Part shown: positions 47,107-56,814 of the stretch, in pieces | Numbering within the stretch: position 1 is the first letter of the stretch | Layout of the letters: each line of letters begins with the position of its first letter | Source of the DNA: Patescibacteria group bacterium | GTDB lineage: Bacteria > Patescibacteriota > Microgenomatia > UM-FILTER-40-11 | Length of the DNA: 64,000 nucleotides | Direction of reading: 5' to 3' | Assembly (NCBI GenBank): GCA_035530075.1 | Contig: DATKVM010000005.1 | Coordinates: forward strand, 167,006-231,005 | Position numbers and translations under genes: made by a program | The notes under the pieces: generated by a model | Databases searched by the model: none | What the model saw: only the letters and a program-made list of their open reading frames with translations | What the model was told of the DNA's origin: nothing

Positions 47107-47894
47107 TTGCTGATAACTTCAATTGGCGAGATAATTTCGCCTTTCAATTCCACTTTGATTATATCAAAGCGGTAGCCTTCTCTTTCCGTTTCTATTTCGT
47201 AAAGACCGCTGGGAAGGGGAGTCGCGCTTCTAAATTGGCCCAATTTATTGGTTCTAAAAGCGCGCACCGGATTCCCGGCGACATCGCGAATTTCAAGAAT
47301 GGCTGACTCGATAATTTTTCCCTGCTGGTCATGGGCGAAACCGGAAAGTAGATTGGGCATCGAAGGGGTAGCCGGAATAGCCATATTCGTAAATTTAGCC
47401 GCGACTGCCGGCGCGAGGGGTGGTTTGGGGATACTTGGCGCCTGAAAGATAGTGGCTGGTCGAGGAGGACTGACCAGTGGTGGGGGAGGAGTGGATCTAG
47501 TGATTGCCGGGGAAGGTGGAGCGGTGGGAGCACTGAGCGGCTTAACCAACGGCAGGGGGGAAACGGGAGAAGTAGTTTTTTTGGTGGAAATCAAATCTTC
47601 TCCTTCTCCTCGCTTTTTCCAAGTATATTGAGTGGGGGAGTAAATTCTTTTAAAGAAGGCAATAATCCAGACATCAATTGGCCGCCCCTCAAACGGCACA
47701 AAAGCGGCGGCTGCCCCGACCCCGCCAAAAAGAAGAATTAAAAACCACTTAATGAAACTGGGGGGATTAATGGCGTAAACAATTAGGGCGAGGACTATCC
47801 CGGCGGCCAATTTGCCGAATTGCCTTAAGGTCATATCGCCGACGAGGCGAAATTCATAACTGGTGATTGGTTGGGGTACTGGGTGTTGTTCCAT
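47103..47894 (-). CDS. prgI: PrgI family protein with Pro-rich linker and C-terminal beta-sandwich
   Basis: QHPVPQPITSYEFRLVGDMTLRQF, two TM, EGRPIDVW. Confidence 0.82.
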   Translation of the reverse strand: MEQHPVPQPITSYEFRLVGDMTLRQFGKLAAGIVLALIVYAINPPSFIKWFLILLFGGVGAAAAFVPFEGRPIDVWIIAFFKRIYSPTQYTWKKRGEGEDLISTKKTTSPVSPLPLVKPLSAPTAPPSPAITRSTPPPPLVSPPRPATIFQAPSIPKPPLAPAVAAKFTNMAIPATPSMPNLLSGFAHDQQGKIIESAILEIRDVAGNPVRAFRTNKLGQFRSATPLPSGLYEIETEREGYRFDIIKVELKGEIISPIEVISK

Positions 47895-47991
47895 CGATAT
47901 TTAAATCTTACTTTTTCCGGCAACCGCTTTCAACGGTAACAAAGTGGGTCAGAAACTACTTAAAGACAGTTAAATTTGCTACCATTAGATT

Positions 47992-48519
47992 ATGCTAGAA
48001 CTTTTTGGCTTAGGGGCCTTGCTGTTGGCCGCCATTTTCTGGGGTCCTTACGTGATGAAGACTGCCAAGAAAGGCGCTCCCTTTGTTCCTTTAGAGCCGG
48101 AAGTAGTCGAGGAGGTAATGAAATTAGCCAAAGTCGGCGAGGATGATGTTTTTTATGATTTGGGCTCTGGTGACGGTCGATTAGTAATTGCCGCGGCTTT
48201 AAGAGGGGCCAAGGAAGCTTACGGAGTAGAAATTGACCCCTTACGCGTTTTTTACTCCCGACTTTGGCTAAAAATTATGCGCTGTCGAAACGCTAAGATT
48301 TTCAAACAAGATATTTTTAAAACCGATTTGTCAGGGGCGACGGTGATTACCCTTTACTTGCTTCAGGAAACCAACGACAAACTAACAGAGAAGTTAAAAA
48401 AAGAATTGCCCAAAGGAGCGCGAGTAGTTTCCATTGCCTTTTCTCTTCCTGGCTGGGAGCCGGTTAAAGTCAGCCCCATTGGTCCAATTTATGGACCGGT
48501 ATATCTATATATTGTTTAA
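47992..48519 (+). CDS. Class I SAM-dependent methyltransferase (protein-lysine methyltransferase-like)
   Basis: GAPFVP, FYDLGSGDGR, GVEIDP, LPKGARVVS; N-terminal TM. Confidence 0.88.
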   Translation: MLELFGLGALLLAAIFWGPYVMKTAKKGAPFVPLEPEVVEEVMKLAKVGEDDVFYDLGSGDGRLVIAAALRGAKEAYGVEIDPLRVFYSRLWLKIMRCRNAKIFKQDIFKTDLSGATVITLYLLQETNDKLTEKLKKELPKGARVVSIAFSLPGWEPVKVSPIGPIYGPVYLYIV

Positions 48520-48592
48520 TAGTTCCATTAAATTGCAAATCTTACCTTTTGCTCTTGAACGGAGAGAGGCTTTAAAGTAAAATAGGGTTGAA

Positions 48593-50644
48593 ATGAAAGA
48601 AAAAGGACCCAACGGTTCAGAGTTTCAAGCTCAACCAGCTTCAGACGAAACAGAGAAAGAGAAGACCGAAAGACTGGAAGAGGAACGGAAGCAGGCGCAA
48701 GCTGCGCAGGAAGAGAAGAGGCGGCAACAGCAACCAGAAAAGAAAAGAGGAGAGAGGAGAAGAGAGGAAAGGCCTACAGGGCAAGAACGAGCCGCAAAAA
48801 AACCAGAGGATCAAAGGGCAGCCGAGAGGGCCGCTCAGCTTCCGCAGAGCGAGTCGGTAGCAAGGGAGACTCCGGGCCGCACTTTTGAAGAACGCCAGGC
48901 TGATTATCGAGCAAAGAGAGAAGACTTAGAAGCAAGGATAAAACTGCTAGATGACCAGATTGATGACTTAAAAGCCCAATCTCCTGGGGCGAATGAAGCC
49001 GAGATTGCCAAAACAGAGGCTGAAAAGGCCAGCGTAAACAGGGAATGGAAAGAAACTATTGAGAGGATGGGGAGAGAGCAGGACGAGAGGATCAGAGAAC
49101 TATCCTCTTTTTCCGCGCCAGAGAGAGCAAGGTATGGAGTTCCTGAGGTGGCTTTTGACCCTAACAAACTTGAGGAACAAATGGCTTGGTTCCAAAGAAC
49201 CATTGCCCGAATAGAATCACAAAAACTGCCTTTCACCGAAGCGTGGCAGGATACCTCAGCCCTTAAATGGTTTATTTCTTCCATTGACCTCATAAAATAT
49301 CCGGAACATCTAGGCACTCTACGCACTTTCCAGCAAATATATGAAAATCGCCGGATGCTGCATGATTTTATGTATGTCTATGAGAAGGCAGGGGGAACAG
49401 ACGATATCATCGGCATTGCTCATTATGCTAATTTAGAGAACTTGGAACAATTGATTAAGGGAGATGTTTGGGTGGAGACAGAGGGAGGGATGGTAGCTAG
49501 AGATCCGGTTAAGGCGATGCTTTGGTTCCAAGGGAGAGCAGATAAAGTATTAGAAGAAAGAAAAAAGGTGGCTGAAGCGGCAGCAAAGATGGAAGGAGCC
49601 AGTGGAAGCAAAAAAAAGGAATATAAAACAGAAAAAGATGAAGCAGAAGAAAGAGAAAGGAGCATAATTAGTGAAATGCAGGTTAGGGCAAGGGGAGAGG
49701 TGGTTGAAATAGATAAAGACGCAAAGAAAATTGTTAAGCCCGACGATAAAGAAGGAGCATATTATCGCTTGGGCGGAAGGCTTTTCTCTGCTTTTGGGTT
49801 TGCCGCCCAATACAACATCACCCTTAACGGCTCAGGAGATTTTTTGGTTGGTCGCTTGTTGAATATGAAAGGCCATTTGCTTGACGACAATTGGGCTGGC
49901 CGGGAAAAGCTTTGGAAGTATTTTAGGCAAGAATCTTTTGCCCGTCCCCTTTTTAGTGATAAGCATTTAGGTGATGGCTTTGAAACAAGCGAAAGCGAAG
50001 TTGGTCTGGAAACAACCGAAGAAATTATAGACGAAAAGAAGGGCATTTCCGCCCGAATAACCAGAATAGTCGATGATGACAAACATGGCAAATTTAAAAA
50101 TTTAAGTTTCCGAGCCCATAACGTTGATGGCTCAGCCTACGCTTCCCGTTGGTGCGATCAGAATGTTAAGGCTGACAAGTGGCGGTCCTATGTCCTCTCC
50201 GGAGCAGGATATAGTCAGAGTCCGGATATGCAGACATTTATGGAAATGTCAAAATACTTAGAGCATATTAAAGGTGGTAAAAGGAGAAACAAATTTACAG
50301 AGGGGGTAATGAAAGGATTGATTGAGTTTTATAAAAAGGAAGGGCTGGTGTTTAAAAAAAGCGATGCGCAAAGACTCTTTGGCGATAAAGAGGCATATTG
50401 GAAAAGTGCGCAGGTTGAAGCCGCTCTTAATACCGCAACTCCAGGAATGTTAAGCGCCGAGGGCAGAGAAAAGCTCCTTAAAGAATATGTTGGGGCAAAC
50501 GAATTTACCAGGGGAGTGCGGCATCTTCGTGATAGTCTTGGGAGAAGACCACTCCTTTTCTTCTTAGGTTTCCTTTGGGACGCCCTTTGGGGAGCCTTAG
50601 GTGAAGCAGCCGAACTAAAAGCGGATAAGAAAAAAAGAAGATAA
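48593..50644 (+). CDS. Hypothetical charged coiled-coil protein
   Basis: 683-aa ORF, E/K/R/Q-rich N-terminus, hydrophobic segment and KKKRR tail. Confidence 0.8.
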   Translation: MKEKGPNGSEFQAQPASDETEKEKTERLEEERKQAQAAQEEKRRQQQPEKKRGERRREERPTGQERAAKKPEDQRAAERAAQLPQSESVARETPGRTFEERQADYRAKREDLEARIKLLDDQIDDLKAQSPGANEAEIAKTEAEKASVNREWKETIERMGREQDERIRELSSFSAPERARYGVPEVAFDPNKLEEQMAWFQRTIARIESQKLPFTEAWQDTSALKWFISSIDLIKYPEHLGTLRTFQQIYENRRMLHDFMYVYEKAGGTDDIIGIAHYANLENLEQLIKGDVWVETEGGMVARDPVKAMLWFQGRADKVLEERKKVAEAAAKMEGASGSKKKEYKTEKDEAEERERSIISEMQVRARGEVVEIDKDAKKIVKPDDKEGAYYRLGGRLFSAFGFAAQYNITLNGSGDFLVGRLLNMKGHLLDDNWAGREKLWKYFRQESFARPLFSDKHLGDGFETSESEVGLETTEEIIDEKKGISARITRIVDDDKHGKFKNLSFRAHNVDGSAYASRWCDQNVKADKWRSYVLSGAGYSQSPDMQTFMEMSKYLEHIKGGKRRNKFTEGVMKGLIEFYKKEGLVFKKSDAQRLFGDKEAYWKSAQVEAALNTATPGMLSAEGREKLLKEYVGANEFTRGVRHLRDSLGRRPLLFFLGFLWDALWGALGEAAELKADKKKRR

Positions 50645-50660
50645 GGTAATAATTTTTTTA

Positions 50661-52073
50661 TCAGAGTCGTCCAATTGCTTTTTGCCACCAACTTAGTGGA
50701 GTTCTTATGCCAGGAGGCTTCAGGCCACGGGCTGTTTGAATATCAAACATTCTGTTTCCCTCTTCTATTTTCCTTATTGCCCCAATCTGAGGACCGAGAG
50801 TTCGATCAACTCCGCCCGAAATGGTTCCTTGGGCCCAACCGACCGTTTGGCCAATGGCGGTTCCAAAAGTTCCAAACCCAGCGGCCTTAAAGGCTTCGAG
50901 GACTACGTTGGGAATACTTCCGACCGCCATAAGCAAACCCAACCCTAGAATTGCTGTTAAAGCTCCTCCTCCTACTCCTAAGACTGGAGGAGTCCATGTT
51001 GGCCCTTTTCCCACCTCAATAATTACACTGGCTAGGAGCAAGAAAAGCGCCACGGCTGGAAAGACTAAAACATTGGCCAGGAGGTTTAGAAACCAGGCGC
51101 CAAATCCTCCTTTACTGCCCGGGACGGCTCCAAGAAGTATTTGGATTGGACCAATAATGACGGAGACAATAATGGAGATATAAGATTTGAGAAGGTTAAA
51201 AAATAGCTTAAGGACTAAGTAAAGAGCGATAATGAGGAAAATTAAGGTGAAAATAACGCCCCCAATTCCAGCTAGAATCCCCACCAAAATATTAGGGTTT
51301 AATCCTGCAAAAAAGGTCTTCACTACAACTCCCTCCCACACCGCCTTAATGCCGCCCCCCAACACTAAACCATAAGCTTCACCGAAACCGAGACTAACAA
51401 ATTTACGTTGTTCGGCGGCAATCTCGGCCATACTTCCCAAAAGACCACTTTGCCCGATAATTAAAACACCCACATAGATAAGAACATAGATTAAATCAAT
51501 CAGTAAGCCAGCAATGGCATAAGAGAAAGTAACTAAGATTAGGGCAATAACTAGTTTTGGAATGGAGTTTTGAATTGTTACTGCTGTTTTAGGGTCAATT
51601 TTTACCCGAAACATGATGGCCAAACCAGTAAAGAGAAAGATTAAAACAAAGAAAAGATAAGCCAAATTGCGTGAGGCTCGCCAAAGAGGGAGTAGGCTAC
51701 TTAAGCCTCTAAAGCCGATGCCGCCTTGGGCGTAAGCTGGTTTAACCAAGCCAAAGTTCCTTCCGAGATAGGCAAAATATTCGATTGAAGAAGCGGGAGG
51801 ATTAGTATACATTGAAACAATCAAATTGCCAACCGCCGTTAAGGCACCCCCCTCACTTTTGTTAGTATTTTCTGAAGGGGCAATTGATTTAATAACAGAG
51901 ATAGCGAGGTCTTTATAAGTTTCATTAGTGTGGCTTTCTAGGTTTAGATCCGGAAGAGTAAGAGCTTTTTCGTAATCGTCAAGATTAGTGCTTCCTTTGT
52001 AGGCTAGGGTGGACGTAGCATTTATAAATAGAAAAACAAAAGATAATGGAATTATAACCTTGAAGAATTTCAT
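50661..52073 (-). CDS. VirB6/TrbL-like polytopic membrane protein
   Basis: LWRASRNLAY..PKLVIALILVTFSYAIAGLLID, several TM helices, Gly-rich tail; T4SS-like context. Confidence 0.7.
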   Translation of the reverse strand: MKFFKVIIPLSFVFLFINATSTLAYKGSTNLDDYEKALTLPDLNLESHTNETYKDLAISVIKSIAPSENTNKSEGGALTAVGNLIVSMYTNPPASSIEYFAYLGRNFGLVKPAYAQGGIGFRGLSSLLPLWRASRNLAYLFFVLIFLFTGLAIMFRVKIDPKTAVTIQNSIPKLVIALILVTFSYAIAGLLIDLIYVLIYVGVLIIGQSGLLGSMAEIAAEQRKFVSLGFGEAYGLVLGGGIKAVWEGVVVKTFFAGLNPNILVGILAGIGGVIFTLIFLIIALYLVLKLFFNLLKSYISIIVSVIIGPIQILLGAVPGSKGGFGAWFLNLLANVLVFPAVALFLLLASVIIEVGKGPTWTPPVLGVGGGALTAILGLGLLMAVGSIPNVVLEAFKAAGFGTFGTAIGQTVGWAQGTISGGVDRTLGPQIGAIRKIEEGNRMFDIQTARGLKPPGIRTPLSWWQKAIGRL

Positions 52074-52114
52074 TCTCTTTTAGCTTAAATTTTTTTTCAA
52101 TCCTTGTCAATCAG

Positions 52115-54073
52115 TTAGAAACTGCAAGTTGGGCATAAAGGGTCAAAACTTTGAATGTCAATTCCTTGCGGCCTTAAAGCGCAACGTTCCAGACAATATC
52201 GCTTTCTGGCCGCTTCCTGCTGGTAATTCAATGCCGATGAACCGACGCCTACTTGATATCCTTCGACTTTAAACTCCGCTTCTCCGGCTAAGGGTTCATC
52301 CTTATTGCTCGGCTTTATCGCTTCCGGAATAGCGTGATTAAGGTAAGTTGACTGCTCATTAAAAGTTTCCCCGCCGGGCAGTTTCCCTCGGCTTTTATTA
52401 ATTAAAGCCACTTTCGTTTGGGTTACGGTTACCCACTGCCAAATGTTGTCAATTAGTTTCAAAATCGGCTCCAAGACTTTAGTAATGAAGCTGGCGGGAG
52501 TAGAAAAATTGGACTGAAGAGTCGCTAATTGATTAACGGGATTATCCTCGGCCGGGTTTCCCGATTGGCAGGTGATTTCCCACCCCGGCGGCTCAGGCAC
52601 ATTGGCGGCCACTTTAATCGCCATCTTTGGTGGGGGCTCGCAAGCATTAAAAAGCCCGCAAGCAATTTTGGTTGACCCTAGAAGCCGGGTCCACCAGGAG
52701 GGGAGAGTCACTCCTGTTTCCGGAATTTTGCTTGGCTTGCTTGCTGGCCCAAGATCTTCTTTGTCCACCACATAGTGTTTTAGTTTAGTTTTAAGCGGGG
52801 TTGAATCCAGGTTTAGGTTTTGCCGTAAGGCTTGAGGTAAGAGTCGATTAAGACCTAGATAAAGGTTTTGCTCCATTACGGAAAAATTAGGCACCGCCTC
52901 TTTCTGCAGCGTTAAAGAACCTTCTGCCGACTGGCCGCTGCCAGCCGCCAATACCCGTTGTTGTTGGCCAGGGGGCAGAGTTGCCGGAGTGTATTGGGAG
53001 GTTTCGCTGCCTTTATTAAGGCTAAAGTCAGTGCAAATTAAGTTATCTTTCACCGCTAAAATCATTGGCTCGTCTCCCGAGCCACACTCGTTACATTCGC
53101 TGGAGCTGGTAACATAGTAAGCGTGTTGCTTCCCCGGGCAGCGGTTTAATGTTGGGGTGGTAGCAGAGGGGGTAATCCTTTGAGTGTCGCCGCCGCCGCG
53201 GTGACTCTTTAAGAAACTGGCGGTTTTGGCGGAGCCGAAAATGCTCCAGCTCCCGGGGCGATGGGGGTCATAGGAAAAAACGGCAAACATCTTAAAACTT
53301 GAATCTCCTGCCCATTTTGGCCAAACCTTTTCCAGCATTTGGCCAATTTCTTCGTCACGGTAACAGGGGGGAGTACAGGTGCCCGCCACCCCGGTTTCTA
53401 AAGCGTAATAAGGGCTGGGAATACCAATTTCATCATATCGGCAATTATTCATCGGCGGAATTGCCGAGCAGGGACCATTAACAAACTGGTCATATTCATT
53501 AATGGAGGAACCAGCAAAAAGCCCATAGAACCCCGCTTTCCCGCCAGGGTTAGTGAAAAAAGAGCCGTTGATGAATGACGGGTTTAATTTGTCTACCATA
53601 GGAGACAGGAGGATTACTTTTGATCCCAGAATTCCTGCTTCTTGAAACAAATTTTTGAGGAACTGAGAATATTGATAGACCCTGTTTCCCTCCGTCTCCC
53701 CTCCGCCTTCATTTTGGTGGTTTGGTTCGTTCCAGGGCATAAAGTAAACTTTGTTGGGAAAGGGGATACCTTGTAAGGTAGCTGTCCAAGCGCGAGCCTG
53801 ATTTTCGTCGGGAGTTTTTTCGGGATAATGACCGCGAATGACGAGATTAATGTTTTGATATTTGGGGTCGCTGACAATTTTGGCAATCTTGTCGCCATCG
53901 CCAGGACAAGCCATAACTACTACCCAGCCGCCTGGACCGACTAATCCGGCTGCCTGGTCAAATTCTTGCCAGTGGTCGCCAATATTGACTCCGACTTTAT
54001 TTTGGGCTCTTGCCGAACCAGCGGTTAGGAAGAGCAAAGCTGGGAAAATCAGGAGAAAGACCAGTTTTTTCAT
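52115..54073 (-). CDS. Secreted protein with a clan GH-A-like glycoside hydrolase domain
   Basis: Signal peptide MKKLVF..ARA; WNEPN and ALETG as candidate catalytic glutamates. Confidence 0.6.
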   Translation of the reverse strand: MKKLVFLLIFPALLFLTAGSARAQNKVGVNIGDHWQEFDQAAGLVGPGGWVVVMACPGDGDKIAKIVSDPKYQNINLVIRGHYPEKTPDENQARAWTATLQGIPFPNKVYFMPWNEPNHQNEGGGETEGNRVYQYSQFLKNLFQEAGILGSKVILLSPMVDKLNPSFINGSFFTNPGGKAGFYGLFAGSSINEYDQFVNGPCSAIPPMNNCRYDEIGIPSPYYALETGVAGTCTPPCYRDEEIGQMLEKVWPKWAGDSSFKMFAVFSYDPHRPGSWSIFGSAKTASFLKSHRGGGDTQRITPSATTPTLNRCPGKQHAYYVTSSSECNECGSGDEPMILAVKDNLICTDFSLNKGSETSQYTPATLPPGQQQRVLAAGSGQSAEGSLTLQKEAVPNFSVMEQNLYLGLNRLLPQALRQNLNLDSTPLKTKLKHYVVDKEDLGPASKPSKIPETGVTLPSWWTRLLGSTKIACGLFNACEPPPKMAIKVAANVPEPPGWEITCQSGNPAEDNPVNQLATLQSNFSTPASFITKVLEPILKLIDNIWQWVTVTQTKVALINKSRGKLPGGETFNEQSTYLNHAIPEAIKPSNKDEPLAGEAEFKVEGYQVGVGSSALNYQQEAARKRYCLERCALRPQGIDIQSFDPLCPTCSF

Positions 54074-54092
54074 TGCGCCCTCCGGGTTGCCA

Positions 54093-54548
54093 TCATAGTG
54101 GTCCGGGAATTTCAAATTTGGTTACATCTACTCCGGTAATAGTTTGAATCAGTTTTAAGATAAACCAAATTCCCAAGAAAACCACTAGCCCGCCAATCGC
54201 GTAAGTAAGAGTTGAGCGAGCTTTTTGCATCGCTTTGGCGTCTCCGCCTGCCGTTAAAAGTTGAAATGAGCCGACAATGAGCATCACAAACATTGCTAAG
54301 CCAGCAATTGGCGTTAAAATGCGGACAATATTGATAAAAAGGCATTCAAATCCCTGGATGGTCGCCACGTCTTCTGTCCCCGGAATTTGGCCAAGGCAGT
54401 TTTTAGAAATATCCCCCCAAGGTTGGGGAAAAGATTCTTGAGCGAGCACCGGTGGGGATAAGAAGTGAGAAGCAAAAAGCGAGACAGTGCTTATTAGCAC
54501 AAAACAGCCAGACAACAAGCCAACAAGATAACTGCTAATCTTCTTCAC
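54093..54548 (-). CDS. VirB2/TrbC-like pilin
   Basis: TM-LTAGGDAKAMQKARSTLTYAIGG-TM. Confidence 0.82.
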   Translation of the reverse strand: MKKISSYLVGLLSGCFVLISTVSLFASHFLSPPVLAQESFPQPWGDISKNCLGQIPGTEDVATIQGFECLFINIVRILTPIAGLAMFVMLIVGSFQLLTAGGDAKAMQKARSTLTYAIGGLVVFLGIWFILKLIQTITGVDVTKFEIPGPL

Positions 54549-54595
54549 ATTTTTAGTCTAACATAACTATCTTGAGAGTAAAAGAAGTTGTCAAA

Positions 54596-54624
54596 CTCAA
54601 AAGCGCCAACTTTCGCTGGCGCTT
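54596..54624 (-). terminator. Probable intrinsic terminator inside the pilin cluster
   Basis: Minus strand AAGCGCCAGC-GAAA-GTTGGCGCTT followed by a T-rich tract, just after the 54647 stop. Confidence 0.65.
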
Positions 54625-54646
54625 CCATTTTTCTTCCTTAACTTGC

Positions 54647-55075
54647 CTATTTGACCGTAAAGGTAGGGATTTGCAAATTAAGAATATTGACGCCGAAAAG
54701 CGCTTGGATTAAAGCGATAATGGCCCAAGCGGCAAAAACAATCGCCAAACCGATTAAAGCATTAGTAATTCTTTTGCGGGCAGTTTCCGTCCCGGCCTTA
54801 TCGCCACCGGAGGTAATCCATTGGATTCCCCCGATAACTAAGACAAAGAAAAAGATAATGGCGGCCGCAATCAAGACCAACCTAATTGCTCCCTGAAGAA
54901 TACTCACCAGGGTAATATTAAGCAGTCCCTCAAACCCCGAACCCTCACCCGGTTCGATTTGAATTTCCGACGGCAGCGGCGCTACGGTCGTTCCCGCTAA
55001 AGCCACGGAAGGGTTAATTAAAAAGACACCAACCGCTAGCGAAATACTCGCTAAAACCTTTCTAACTTTACTCAT
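54647..55075 (-). CDS. VirB2/TrbC-like pilin (candidate major pilin)
   Basis: TM-WITSGGDKAGTETARKRITNALIG-TM; strong SD AAAGGGGGTGA before ATG 55075. Confidence 0.85.
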   Translation of the reverse strand: MSKVRKVLASISLAVGVFLINPSVALAGTTVAPLPSEIQIEPGEGSGFEGLLNITLVSILQGAIRLVLIAAAIIFFFVLVIGGIQWITSGGDKAGTETARKRITNALIGLAIVFAAWAIIALIQALFGVNILNLQIPTFTVK

Positions 55076-55094
55076 ATTCACCCCCTTTCGGTAA

Positions 55095-55475
55095 CTAAAA
55101 AGACGGTAGTTTTAATCGAGTGAGTTTAATGTCAAAGAAAAACTCGATTGCTCCTATTATAGCAAAGATTGAAAGGAGAATGGCAAGGCCGATTAAAGCG
55201 TTGGTAATAGTTTTTTGGGCCGATTCCATTCCCGCCTTGTCGCCTCCGGCGGTAATCCATTTAATCGCGCCGATTAAGAAAATAAAAACAAAAACAACCG
55301 CTCCGCTAATTAGAAAGAGGTTGATAGCCAAAGTCAGTCCTTTTTGAAGGAAAGCCAGGCCGGAAAGTTGGCTGATTGGAGTAGGCAATATCGGATTGTG
55401 AATGTCCGGCATCGGCGTGACTGCCGCCAGAAGCTTTTGGCCAAGAAGAGTAGTGTTCAAAACTAAAGATATCAT
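55095..55475 (-). CDS. VirB2/TrbC-like pilin
   Basis: TM-WITAGGDKAGMESAQKTITNALIG-TM. Confidence 0.82.
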   Translation of the reverse strand: MISLVLNTTLLGQKLLAAVTPMPDIHNPILPTPISQLSGLAFLQKGLTLAINLFLISGAVVFVFIFLIGAIKWITAGGDKAGMESAQKTITNALIGLAILLSIFAIIGAIEFFFDIKLTRLKLPSF

Positions 55476-55882
55476 TTAGGGGCTAAATCTTTAATAAATT
55501 TGGCCACCGAGAGAATATTGGGAATGCCGATTAAACTGCCGATAAGGTCAATAAGGAAGGTAGCCGATAAGACCAAAATTAAGCCAATTATGCCGGTCGT
55601 AATTTGTTTTTGGGCATTTTGCAGTTTGGTTTTGTCGCCGCCGGAAGCCAGCCAGCCGATGGCGCCAGTGAATAGAACAAAGGTAAACCAAATAACGGCA
55701 ATAATCGTCATTACCCCGATAATGTTCGAAAGAATATTGACAAAAGTGCTAATCGCCGTAATTTCGTTAGTTAGAGGCCAGCTCTCCCCTCCCAAGATGC
55801 CAATTCCCTCCAGGGGCCCTAACTGAACTCCGGAAGGGGTCGGCCCGGCGGCTAAAACTGATTTAGTCAAATTAAGGTCCAT
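55472..55882 (-). CDS. VirB2/TrbC-like pilin
   Basis: TM-WLASGGDKTKLQNAQKQITTGIIG-TM. Confidence 0.82.
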   Translation of the reverse strand: MDLNLTKSVLAAGPTPSGVQLGPLEGIGILGGESWPLTNEITAISTFVNILSNIIGVMTIIAVIWFTFVLFTGAIGWLASGGDKTKLQNAQKQITTGIIGLILVLSATFLIDLIGSLIGIPNILSVAKFIKDLAPK

Positions 55883-56399
55883 AAATTGTTGGCACTAAAA
55901 TCGCCCTGGCATCGCCAAAGATTAACCAGCCAAAAATGGCGGCCAGGACGAAGGAGCCGGCGACAAAAAGAAGTCCGAGCAAAGATTGCCAAATTCTTGC
56001 CCAGGCTTGCTCAACTTTTTTGGCGTCGCCCCCGGCTCCCATAAAACTGTAGCCGGCAATAATAATATTAAAAAAGGCAAAGAGCCCAGCCGCACCAATG
56101 AGTAATTTAAGCAAAACGTTCATAAATTTAACTAGGCCAGTTTGGAAATCACCATATTCGGAAACCCCCTGGGGAGCAGCGATAGAACCAAAAAAGCTTG
56201 CTGGGGCGGGCGTTCGACATTGGGGACAGTTTTCAGGTAAAGAACATCGCGTGTCATTACAGGGGATACCTCCTATATTGGCGGGTTTACCGCACAAATA
56301 GGGACAAGTGTCTGCCAAAACCGTTGACGCTGAGCAAAAAAGAAAGAAGACTAAAAAAATTAAGATGGGCGTTATTGCCTTCGCAAATTTATTTTTCAT
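55872..56399 (-). CDS. VirB2/TrbC-like pilin with a six-Cys N-terminal extension
   Basis: Signal peptide, CPYLC..C..C..CPQC, TM-GAGGDAKKVEQAWARI-TM. Confidence 0.8.
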   Translation of the reverse strand: MKNKFAKAITPILIFLVFFLFCSASTVLADTCPYLCGKPANIGGIPCNDTRCSLPENCPQCRTPAPASFFGSIAAPQGVSEYGDFQTGLVKFMNVLLKLLIGAAGLFAFFNIIIAGYSFMGAGGDAKKVEQAWARIWQSLLGLLFVAGSFVLAAIFGWLIFGDARAILVPTIYGP

Positions 56400-56740
56400 T
56401 ACAGTTTAGGGTTTAGGATGTCAATTCCCGTGATAAATCCAATAATTTGGATAATCCAGTAACTGGCAAAAATAATTAAAAAGCCGATTACTGCGGCTGT
56501 GGCCGCTTTTTGTCCTTGGCCCGCTTTTTTTGGATCACCTCCGCCTGCTCCCAGAATAATTGATATGCCACCGAAAAGCAATAAAACCAGCAAGAATAAA
56601 CCGGCCACCATATAGACGTTGCGGAGAATAATGGAAATTAAAGCTCCGGGAGACTGAAACTGGGGAGCATCTTTAATTGCTTCGCCAGGCTTAAGAAACC
56701 ATTCTTTGCCAATGTTAACTTCCGCCAAAAGATTTTTCAT
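56399..56740 (-). CDS. VirB2/TrbC-like pilin
   Basis: TM-GAGGGDPKKAGQGQKAATAAVIG-TM. Confidence 0.82.
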   Translation of the reverse strand: MKNLLAEVNIGKEWFLKPGEAIKDAPQFQSPGALISIILRNVYMVAGLFLLVLLLFGGISIILGAGGGDPKKAGQGQKAATAAVIGFLIIFASYWIIQIIGFITGIDILNPKL

Positions 56741-56814
56741 AATTAGATTTAGCTATTTTTCATTTAACAACATCTGTCGGCAGGTTTGCAAGTAAATGCT
56801 ACAATTAGCTCAAG

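Noticed and set aside
41303-56740. Integrative conjugative element or prophage
   Set aside because: No integrase, relaxase, phage structural genes or flanking att repeats; embedded among core genes
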